64,000 bases of DNA from a virus. Position numbers and translations under genes: made by a program. The notes under the pieces are model-generated. The model was not told where the DNA came from and ran no database searches. It saw only the letters and a list, made by a program, of their open reading frames with translations. The DNA is taken from IMG/VR virus record IMGVR_UViG_3300042399_001709, positions 16,784 to 80,783 of that record; one strand, 5' to 3'. The stretch's first letter is position 1. Each line of letters opens with the position of its first letter. Positions 1 to 10,800 of this stretch are shown here, in pieces.

Positions 1-344
1 GCTCAACCGTTTATGGCAACGCCCATGACGACTTTACCGGTGGCTCGTACTCGGTCAACTTTGACCCAGACGGCGGCCGCCCGAACGCCAGCATTGCAAA
101 CGTGACTGCCCTCATGGGCCTGCCACGACCGCTGTACGTTAAGTTTGAGCACATTCGCTCGGACGACCCTTCAAAGTCGGTGATTATTCACCTACCGAAG
201 GCATACAGCATGCAGCTCATGATGCCGTTCACCCGTGAAGACATTGCCCGACAGGACATTGACTTCTCGGCTGTTGTTGACCGCGATTGCGTCACGACCG
301 TTGGTGGTGCTAAGACCCCAGCAGTTGTGCTGATCTCGGCGTAA
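1..344 (+). CDS. tail tube-like protein, C-terminal part (runs in from the window edge)
   Basis: Shares HIRSDDPSKSV.I...K......PFTREDI...D..F with the next ORF; lies upstream of the chaperones and tape measure gene. Confidence 0.6.
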   Translation, partial: STVYGNAHDDFTGGSYSVNFDPDGGRPNASIANVTALMGLPRPLYVKFEHIRSDDPSKSVIIHLPKAYSMQLMMPFTREDIARQDIDFSAVVDRDCVTTVGGAKTPAVVLISA

Positions 345-367
345 TAGAAATTTAGGGGGTTACGAAT

Positions 368-1222
368 ATGTTTACACTTGGTAGCGGCCGGCTCCAAATC
401 GGTACTTGGATTTCCGGTGGTCTTTATACTCAGGTTGCGGGCGTCGCCGTAACCCCCTCAACTGCTAGCGGCTCCGTCCCAGCCGGCACGTACTATGTAC
501 GTGTCGCTGGGCGGAACGCTGCCGGTACGGCAACTCCGTCGGCCCCGCTGACGGCAATCCTTAGCGCAACCGGGAAGCTTGATGTTTCCTGGACCGCGCT
601 TTCCGGCGCCACAACGTACGACGTGTATGTTGGAACCGTTTACAACTACGAATGGCTTCACACCAACACCGCCTCAACAACGGCCAGCATTACGGCCATT
701 GTTGACCCAGCTAGCGCAGCCCTTGCTCAGTACCAAGGCATGCAGGACATTGGCGAAATTGGTGGCGACGTTGAGTTTGACATCTCCTTCCAAGAGCGTG
801 AATTCTTTGGTCAGTTTAACTTCCCTATTGCTAAGGCACACTTTGGTGGCAAGTCAACCATCCGCGTCAGCGGACTTGAGCTTGACCCAATGCGCTTCTC
901 GCGCCTCTTTAGCACTACGCTGACCCATAATGGCTCGACAAGCATCTACCCAGGCACGTTGAACTTCCGCGAAAACCTTAACTTTGGTACAGCGGCTGTC
1001 AACCCACTTGACTTGTCGATGCTCCGCAACCGACCGGTTCGTGCAGTGTTCACGCACATCCGCTCAGATGATCCATCCAAGTCGGTGGAGATCACCGGCC
1101 ATAAGGTTTGTATCTATCAGCACAACATTCCGTTTACACGAGAGGACATCATCAAGGTTGACCTTGAGTTCAACCTTCAGTATGATTCCAGCACGGCGCA
1201 AATCGTGACAATCACGGCTTAA
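368..1222 (+). CDS. major tail tube-like protein with an inserted FN3/Ig-like segment
   Basis: Position before chaperone/TMP; FTLGSGRLQIG start; IGEIGGDVEFDISFQEREF tube-like strand; TYYVRVAGRNAAGT...VSWTALSGATTYDVY looks FN3-like. Confidence 0.65.
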   Translation: MFTLGSGRLQIGTWISGGLYTQVAGVAVTPSTASGSVPAGTYYVRVAGRNAAGTATPSAPLTAILSATGKLDVSWTALSGATTYDVYVGTVYNYEWLHTNTASTTASITAIVDPASAALAQYQGMQDIGEIGGDVEFDISFQEREFFGQFNFPIAKAHFGGKSTIRVSGLELDPMRFSRLFSTTLTHNGSTSIYPGTLNFRENLNFGTAAVNPLDLSMLRNRPVRAVFTHIRSDDPSKSVEITGHKVCIYQHNIPFTREDIIKVDLEFNLQYDSSTAQIVTITA

Positions 1223-1268
1223 GCCGCCGAGCTTTTAGCGGACCCCTCCGGGGGCCAGGAGTGTTCAG

Positions 1269-1562
1269 ATGGCAACCCTTAATCAAGTACGCCCAACGCG
1301 CGTACTCACCCTCAACGACCTCGCGGACATTGAGGATAAGTTTGGAGGCCTTGACAAGGTCGACCTTACCAAGTTCACTGTACTTCGTTATATCCTTTGG
1401 CTTGTCCTTCGCAAGGATGACAACAAGATGGATGAGCGCGCGGTAGGTGACAAGTTCTCGCTCGATACAATGCGTGACGAAATCGACAAGGTGCTTCGCT
1501 CAAGCGGTCTCATCGGCAACGATGAGGGTGGCGTTTCCGAGGGAAAAGCTCCGGAGGCGTAA
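1269..1562 (+). CDS. tail assembly chaperone (gpG-like)
   Basis: 97 aa, CAGGAG SD, between tube and TMP genes; ends with an in-frame G GGA AAA slippery heptamer. Confidence 0.75.
   Translation: MATLNQVRPTRVLTLNDLADIEDKFGGLDKVDLTKFTVLRYILWLVLRKDDNKMDERAVGDKFSLDTMRDEIDKVLRSSGLIGNDEGGVSEGKAPEA
1541..1547 (+). other. programmed -1 frameshift slippery site (G GGA AAA)
   Basis: XXXYYYZ heptamer in the correct phase; the -1 frame is open from 1541 into the ORF at 1592-1825. Confidence 0.8.
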
Positions 1563-1591
1563 GCTGGGGGGAGATCGACTGGGGGTCGATC

Positions 1592-1825
1592 ATGGCTTCT
1601 TATGCAGATGCCTTTGGTTATACCCCAGCCGAGTTCATGCAACTTACGCTTCCACAACTTAATGCATACGCAAAGTATGTTGAGAAGCGTGATGAAGCGA
1701 TGAAGGGCGAAACCAAAAACACCTCCGGTAAAAATAAGGCGAAATTCGCCGATGGTTCTTCAGGGATGAAAACAGTTGGGTCTCTGGAGCAAATGATTTC
1801 GGTCTTCGGAAAGCCGGGGGCCTAG
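1592..1825 (+). CDS. tail assembly chaperone gpT-like part (expressed as a frameshift fusion)
   Basis: FGYTPAEFMQLTLPQL motif typical of gpGT C-termini; in the -1 frame of the upstream ORF. Confidence 0.7.
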   Translation: MASYADAFGYTPAEFMQLTLPQLNAYAKYVEKRDEAMKGETKNTSGKNKAKFADGSSGMKTVGSLEQMISVFGKPGA

Positions 1826-1840
1826 CGGGGGGTAAAGGCA

Positions 1841-4800
1841 GTGGCCGAGATTGATAATGTAGCACGGGTTGGCATATCGCTTGACTCTGCCGCATTCCAG
1901 GACGGTGTAGCCCGTACGCTCCGCGACATTGACAGGCTTCTCAGCGGCCTTAAGGCCTTGCAGTCTGCGAACAAGCAAATCTCCCTTGCGTCTGGCGGCC
2001 TACTCGGCAGCGGATCGAAGTCCCCCGTTGCCGGATTTGCAAAAGACATTACTCGCACGGCGATACCGGCTCTGCGCGACATGGAACGCAATGCGATCCG
2101 TGTCGGCGGGGCCGTTCGTCGTTCTATGGAGGAAATGTCCCGACTAGCCGCAGCTTCGGAGCGTGTCCAGCGCCAAGCTCAGCGAGTCTCCTCCCCATCC
2201 TCCTCAGGCATAGTTCAAGACGCCAGGATTCGCCGTGGCCAAGAGGCAAGCCTACGAGCCTTGATGGCAAAGGCCGAGCGCCAGGGGTTCCGCATTGAAA
2301 AGACCAATGGCGGACACTTTGCTGCCTACCCGCCAGACAAGTCTAAGCAGATAGTCTTCTTCCCATCTACCGGAGGCGACCGCAGAAACGTTCAGAACAT
2401 ACGCTCGCAGCTGCGTCGATCTGGGTATGTTGATGACGTGGAGAGCGATAGGCCTGCCCGAGCACCTAAGCGTGCCGCAACACCAACGCCAGTCCCAACC
2501 CAAAGCTTTGTTGACCCGCGCAGCACTAGTGGAAAAATAGAGGCAAGGTATGTTGTTCGGGCACTTGAGGAGCTTGTTACTTCACGATCCAGCGAATACC
2601 CACAGTATCTCCAGCCACGTGCCCGTGGTGGCGCTGGCCGAGCTGAAAGCGTTGCCTCTCGCCAGCTCATTGAGGAGATCTCCGGTCGATTTGACCCAAC
2701 GCAGATTTTCTTTAAAGGCCCAAACCTTGCAGAGGGAATTGTTGCAACCGTTCGATCTGAGGCAGCTAAGGCTGCATTGGTTCTTTCTGGCAATGCCCGT
2801 ACGCTTGGCATGCAGCAACTTGCTTCCACCCCGGCAGGTCAGAAGCAAATCAATAAAGCAGTTGCGGAGTTTATCACCGCTAACCCGGAGGCACTTGGCG
2901 GTACGGCTGGCGTAGCAAGAGCCCTTAAAGAAGCTTTAAAGATCAAAGAGTCTGGCAGGACTCCAGTTATAACGCGAGAGCTTGTAACAAGCCTTGAAGG
3001 CCTTGGCCCACGCGAGGGCGCACGCCTTGGCCACATGCTTAACACTGGTACCGGCATGACCGAAGCAGAAACGGCGCAGGCGATTGCTAGGACTATCGCG
3101 CGTATCCCTGGCGGCTTTGAGCGCGGAAACGTTGGCGCCACAATTCGCAAAGGTGGACCAGCCGTTGAGGAGCTAAAGAAGCTCGTTCTTGCCGAGCTTC
3201 CAACGTCGGAGATACGTGCAAAATACCAAACCAAGAAGGGGGAAACCTCTAGCCCAGCGATAAATACGCTCATGGAGAGGGTGCTGCTCTCTACGGCATT
3301 TGGCAACAACGCCGCAACCGAAAGTATGATTGGCAAGATTCTGGAAGGTGAGCGCGGCGGCATTCCAGCGCCGCTACTAAGAGAACTTCACAAGGCGGTT
3401 GGGCCACAGCTGCAACTTCGAGGCAGGATTGGGGCTGGAGAGATCCCAGCCGGAATGGACCCGATTTACAATGCGCTCCCAGAGGCAATTGAGCTGATCA
3501 ATGCTGCCCAGGCGGTGGCCGGGGGCGCAAAGAGGATGGGAAAGGTTGCTGGCAATCTTGCAGAAGCTAGAAAACTTATTTCCGCGCAAACAGCTGCCTT
3601 TGGAGAGCCGTCCGCCCAAGGCGTTGAGCTTGCCTCAAGCATTCTTGCAGCTGGCCGGGGCCTTCCTGCATTCTTTGCCGGCCTTTCTACCTATGGCGGA
3701 CGCGCAACGTCTGCAACCCAAGGCGGCATGGGGCTTGACCCAAGCGCAATCACAGCAGACCCACGTGTCGCATTGCAGATTGCACAAGAGGCAGCCGCCA
3801 CCATGCTTGCCGGACTCAAGTCCGGCTCGAGCAAGGGCGCTAAGGGCGTTGAGCGTCTTATCCAAGAGGCCGTTGAGGGCGCAATCCAGGCTTCTGCAGC
3901 CCGAGACCCTGGATATCTTGGCTCAGCGCCTCCAGCTTCTAGCGGCGGCGGCGGATCTGGCGGAGGGAAAAAGCCACCGCGCAGTAGCAGGGGAAATATG
4001 GAAGACCCTCCAGAGGAGGAGCCAGAAGAGCCTATTGCAATGCGCCGCCCAGAAAGCTCGCGCGCCTATCGCCTTAATGAGCGAGCCGTCGGCACTGCTC
4101 GCGGCTCAGCAAAGGCCCGAGCAGGCGGATATCTTCCATATGAAGAGTCTAGCCCCGCCCGCCAGGCGCAGCTAAATACAAACCTAACCCGGGGATATTT
4201 AAAGCTTACCGAGGGTCTTATCAGGGTTTCTGAGCAGGGAAGCCATCCCTTGGGGGCAACGCATATTGAGGGCATGCTTAAAGAGCTTAATAACGCATAC
4301 TCCCTTATGGGCTCTCGCGGGCTGCAGGTTCCAGAACTTTCCCAACACATGGCGATTGTCAGCAGCGTTCTAAAGAAACTTGGGATTGATCCTGAAACTG
4401 TTCCAAATTCAGTTTCTGGCGCGGCCATACCAGGGTCGGCTGCCGTCACAACAGCCGCCACAACGGCGGCCACAACGGCGGCCACAACGGCGGCCACAAC
4501 GGCGGCCACAACGTCGGCAACATCCGCTGCGACCACCGCTGCAAATCAAGTAGCGACAGCAACGGCTGCCACAACGGCTGCTGCAATTGTTGCCAAAACA
4601 CCTGCAATGCAGCGCTTTGAGCGCCTTATGCTCGGTCGTAGCGTCGCCATTGGGCCGCGCACCGCCAACACAAAGTTTATGACAGAGGCCGTTGAAGGCG
4701 TACTGCCAGGTATCACCGAGGCGTTTAAGCCCTTCCTGGAAAAGAACTTTGCATCTCAGATTTTGCAACACTTTAAGGCGTCGTTCCGTGGGCTACCTGG

Positions 4801-7800
4801 CGAGAGTGAAGGTTTGCAGGGGCAGACAAGCACCGGAGCATCTTCCGGGTTCCTGGAGATTGGGAACCTAAACCGAGGCTCGGGAGCCATTCTTCGTACT
4901 GCAATCCATGAAATTGCGCACGGTGCATTTGAGCGGATGAGAGAAGGTGGTTATCAAACGCCGGCCACGACAATGCATTACGGGCCAAAGGGAGAAAAAC
5001 TTGGAGAAAAGAGCCCGGCGACAATTCTTGCTGCTGAAGGTGGCAGAGGAATTAGCCATGCTGACCCAATGTTCTACCAACTCCAGGCAGAGATTTCAAA
5101 AAGAACCGGTGGCCTCCTTGCCAATCTTGCATTCCACCAATATGCCCAATCGCGGCCGCAAGGCTTCAATACCCCCGGGCTTGGCGTTGGCATTGCCGCA
5201 GCGCAACTCACACCACATCTTCAAGAGCTAGCATTTAAAACTAAGCCCTCGCTTGTCTCCGCCTCAACCCTCTTTACTGAGTTTGCTACCAAGATTCATG
5301 AAACCGCAGCAAAGGTGCAGGGTGGTGGGGCTCCAATCCAAGAGCTGCTTGCCCAAGTTTCGGCAGGAATTGGAGAGCTTGGCAAGTCTTCCAAGATGTT
5401 CCCAAAGACCTCGTTCCTTGAGATTGCTTCTATCCTTTCTGAAACCATCCGATCATACGGAGAGGGCGGCATTCGGTCTGGGGCTGCCAAGCAATTCCAG
5501 GGCCTTAACATGCCGTTTGAACAGGCCCTGCAGCGTGCGTTTATCCAGGCTACCGGCTCGCTGCTCAAGCCAGGAAGCGAGCTTCGTGGCATAACTGGTA
5601 TCTCCAATCGAACACCGGAAATGATGGCCGCGTTCATGGCCAACGCATCAGAGGCCGAGAAGCAGGCTGTTGCCATGGCCATCAACCCAGAAGCATTTGA
5701 AAAGATTATCAAGGGGCAAAAGCCCGGAGTAGCCGCAGATGATCCCGGGGTTCAGCAGCAGCTCAACGAGCTTACAAAGACCATCCTTCAGGCTACCGTT
5801 TCACAGATCAATGCCGAAATTGCCCAAAGTGGCGCGCTAGTACAGAAGGGCAGTCTCGTTGGCATGCCACTGCCAATAACCCGCCGTGGCGGTTTCTTGC
5901 CTGCCGGTGCCTACCCAAATGAATCTGGCCCTCAGTTCCGCCTGCCAGGCGGTGAGCCTGTGTACAACATTCCACCTGGAGGTTCACTTGTGCCGCTCAG
6001 CGGCCAACCTATTGATTTTGTTGAGAGGGCTCGCCAAGAAGCCGAGGCTCGTGCGGCCCGAATGCGAACTGCATCAGCGTACGGGCGCAGTATATTCGAG
6101 CGTTTTATCCCAGGTGTTGGGCAATACCGAGAGGCCCAAATAGAGTACGGCGGCCAGGCATTACGCTCTGCAGAAACCAAGCAGCAAGCGGTTGCGGAGT
6201 TCCAAAATAATGCCAAGGCGGCAGAGGCAGCCAGAGCCGCCAACAGCCGACTTAATCTTGTCATCCAAGATGGTCGCGTTCAATTTGGTCAGCTAGCAAA
6301 TGTTTTGACCCAGGCAAATACCGGATTGACACAATCCGTAACCGGCGTTCTTTCGCTTGGTCTTTCGTTTGCCATTGGCCAGCAGGCAATCTTTGCCTTT
6401 GCCGGCGGAATCCAACACCTCATGGGCGGCATCATTGGCTTTAACGCCATGCTTGAGTCCGCCGGAGTTGGATTTAATACACTTTTCAAGAATGCAGGAC
6501 GCAGCGTAAGGGAAGCACAGCGGGAAACAGAATCAACAATTCAAACCCTTAAAGACTTTGCCAACGTCACAAACTTCAGGTTCGGTGACCTTGAGGTTGC
6601 AGCCGTCCGCATGCAAGCATTCGGCTTCGAGGTTGACTCAGTCAAGGCAAAAGCGCAAGGGCAAATGCCGATTCTTGAGGCATTTACAAATCCATACTCA
6701 ACAAACGGTCTTAAGGAGTTCCGTGGAGCGCTTGTAAACATTGGAGATGCCGTTGCGGCACTCGGTGCCGAAGACGATAAGCTCCGCCGAGTAACGTACG
6801 CACTCGGACAAATGAACTCTGCTGGACGCGTCTATCAAAACGACATGATGCAGCTGGCAAACGCTGGTATCGCCGGATATGAAATTCTTGCTAACGCTTT
6901 GCTTGCGGAGCTTGAGCGAACTGGGCAAACCGCTAGCGCAACATACAAGAAACTGCTAAACCCACAGTCCGCCATCGAAGAAATCCGCCGCCTTGCTCGC
7001 ATCGGCGCCCTTTCCGGCCCCGGCGGCGTTCAGGCGATCCTGCAGGGGTTGGAGGCAAAATACGGCGGTGGAATGAAGGCATTCTCCAGAACCTTCCAAG
7101 GAGCAATGACCACGGTTGCGGATACGTCCCAGTCGCTTGTTGCAACAGCGTTTAATCCACTGTTCTCGGTTATGCGAGACCTTCTTGCTGGAACAAAGGC
7201 TCAAGAGTTTAACGACGGCCTTGCAACATTCCTCCAGGGCGAAGAGGCAATAAAAGCATCTCAACTATTCGCACGTTCAGTTAAAACTGTTGCGGAGGCA
7301 ATCCGATCTGGCCTCCCAGAGGGGCTTAGTGTCGCCGGCGGCTTTATGGATGCCGTGCTTAAGACACTTGGGGGCATCGGCGGCGCAGTAACGGCCAGCG
7401 GGGGTCCTCTAAACGCATTTATTACCTCCTCGGTTTCTGGATTTAAGGCAATGGCCGAGATCCTCTCTAATGATGTTATCCGCAAGCTTGGCGCATCGAT
7501 TATTGTTGCCAGGGCCCTGTTTGGATTTATCAGTAGCAACCCGCTTGTAGCAACTCTTGGAGCCAGCACGGCCCTTGTTGGGTTCCTTGCTAACGCCTAT
7601 GAAAATAACCAGTACGGCGTTCGCTCTGCTTTTGACCGAGCTGCCCCGGGCATCCTTAGCTCAGCGGATTCAATCGCCAATTCGGTAATCCCAGGAGTCT
7701 CATCAGCCGCAGCCGCATCAATCGGGACGCTTGCCGCTACAATTGCCTCGGCACTTTCCACCGCAATGCCAGTCATTGACGGAATCTTGGCCCTCTTTGC

Positions 7801-10800
7801 TGGGATAATGAAGGTTATTGAGCCTCTTGCTCCGCTCTTTGGTGTGCTCTTTGCTGGATTCGTCGGCGGAAAACTTCTGGTTGATGGCCTTGCCCTTGCA
7901 ATGACAAAGTTTGCAAGCGCTACTGCCAGGTCCGCAGAAAAAATGGAAAAACTCAAAATCAGCATGTTTGCATTCAAGGCCCTTGGTGCCGTAGAAAGCT
8001 ATGGCCTGGAGCGTCTTGTTCCTATCCAAAGGCAAGACCAAGACGGGAACCTTGTCGCATCTGGATTCGGCGTTGACGATACGCCGGGAAAAACCATCAC
8101 ATCTCCGGCGCTTGTGCGCGCCATTGCATTCATAGAAGCCCTGGGGGCCTCTAAGGGTGGTCGAGAATTTATTGCGCCATCCGGCGGGGTAGATTCAGTT
8201 CTCAATACTGGCGTTGACATAGATTACGCAGCTCAACGATTGGCGGAACTAAAGAAATACAGCATAGACGACCCAAAGGGATACAATGACTTCCTGGACA
8301 GCGTAGGCGCTAGCGAGCGCGCGCAAATTGAGCAAGCACTTGCCGCAGGACTAGAAAGCGTTACCAACAGAGTTAGGGGTTTTGGAGAAAGACTTTCCGC
8401 AGCAAGCGGAAAGCTCGCTAAGCTCGGCATTATTATTGATGCAGTTAAGTCTCGCATGGGCATGCTGGGCGGAATCCTAAGCGGTTTGGGCATGTTCGGC
8501 AGCATTGCCTCTAACCTTCTCGGTCTTGACGAGAGCATTTCTACTGTCTTTAACAATATGATGATGGTTGGAATAGCAATAGAGTCCTTGCACGGCGCTT
8601 TCATTGCTCTTACTGCAGCCACAAACGCGCAGATCGCAGCGCTTACCTTTGGTATTGCTGGTGCGGTCATGGCGTTGGCCTTCCTTACTGGAGAGCTTTC
8701 AAAGGCAGCGCAAGCGGCATTTAACAGTAACCCAATTAACACAAGGGCAAAAGTTGTTACCGACACAAGGACCCGCCTTGAGGGCCAGGTTGGAAAAGAC
8801 AAGGCAAAGGAGATGTTCCCGGAGCTCTATGCCGAAGAGCGCGGAGTCCTTGATGACCTTGAAACGTGGTTCAGGCGCACAGTTGCCCTCATGGGAGCAA
8901 ACGCTGACCCTCAGGGCGCTGCTGCCAGATACGACACGCAACTTAACAGAGAATTGGTTGCGGACAACGATCCATCACGAGCTCAGCAATGGCTCCGAGA
9001 CAACCCTGCGTGGTCCATGTCCACAACTGGCATTATGGGCCAACTGGAACAAGTGCAGCAAGACAAGATCAAGCAAATGCTTCGAGAGGGGTTCTCGCCT
9101 GACGAAGTAGCAAAAACTATGAACTTGGATCAGGCATATGTTGAAGAGCTCTATGCAAAGTGGTATGGCGCTGGCGATGCCGAGGCAACAAAGTACATCA
9201 GCCTGCTTACCAAAGCCCTAGACGCCACCGGAGAGCTCCTGCAGCAGGCGCAAGAGGCAATGCAGAAGGCAATGGAAGCCTTCCAGACACCGCTCAATCG
9301 CCTCATGTCCCGAGCACAAGTCGCCATCCAGGCACTGTTTGAAGAAGAAAAGAAGCAGCTCGAAAACGAGCGAATGAATGCTCTTGCAAACGTAGAGGTT
9401 CTCTACAACGGTGAAATGATCCGCCTTGGCGTCCTTGAGCAGCAGTACGAGGCGTTGCAAGAGCAAGCAAAGCAGATGGAAAAGCTGCAGCAGCTTGAAG
9501 AGTCTAGGACCAAGGCATCAGAGGCCGCCCTTGACATGTTTGATGCTAGCGTTGATCCGCTGGAGCGCGCCCGCGCCGCGCGAGACGCCGCACGTGAGCT
9601 ATTCAAAGATGAGCAGCGCGCACGTCTTGACTCAATGGGGGCCGCCATCCAGTCCGGCAAGACCAGCTCTGCATACGTTGGGACTACCCAATTCTACGAC
9701 GAGAAGGCCAGGGCGCTTGAGCTCGATCAGGCAGAGCGCAGCCGCGTCATGCAGGAGCGCATTGACGACCTGCTTAAGAAGATCCAGGAAGGAAAGATCA
9801 GCAAGTCCAAGGCATCTACCGAGCTTAAGGACATCTTTGGCGACGTTGGCCTTGACCTAGAGGTTGCTTCTGCCCAAGGTTACTCCTTCATGGAATCGTT
9901 CTCCTCTGGCTTCATGGCTGCGTTGCAGGCAAACATTAACTCGACCTTTGCCGCCCTTCCTAAGGCCATTACTGCCGCCCTAAACGTCCTGTCGCAATCT
10001 GCTGCGTACAAGAAGGCACAAGACGCGCTGAACGCCATCATGAACCCAGACTCGGAAACAAGAACCATCAAGGGTCAGACCATGGTGGACTTGCTTAAGG
10101 CACGTATTTCTGATGCTAAGAACCTTCAAACAAAGCTCCGCGAATACTATGCCCTGGTTAAGCCAGAGGTTGGCGGAAACGACCCAGAGCGGGTAAAGCG
10201 CTTTAACCAAATTGGCCAATTCCTTGCGCAGCTCGAGCGCATGCAGAATGTCTATACCCCGGGCGGCAAGTACACGAGCGGCCAATACGACGATTTGAAT
10301 ACTGGGTTTATGGAGCAGTTCCAGACCCTCCTTCAAATGGTTATGGCTGGTCTCTCTGGCTATAACCCAGACAGGAATAGGGCTATGGGCGGGTCCCTCT
10401 CAAGCGCCACCAGCTATATGGTTGGCGAGCGCGGACCAGAGATGCTTACCATGTTCCAGCGTGGTGGTGGGTACGTCACCCCGAACCACAAGCTCCCACC
10501 GGCCCTTAAGTCGTCCGCTGGCGCCTTGCGAGCCGGCACATACGGACGCGCGGTTGGTGGCTATGTTGGATGGGGCAAAGGCATCATGCCTCAAGACAGC
10601 ACCGGAGATCCAACGCCAGGACCAACGCCGGAGCCATCATGGGAGCCAACCCCGACACCAACACCGACGCCAACTCCTACCGGAACGCCATCCCCGACCC
10701 CGACACCAACACCCGGTCCAACGCCAACAACCGGCGGCGATCCGTGGGGGCTGTTCCCGTTTAATTTTAGGATGTATACCAAGTGGATCAACTCGGTCAT

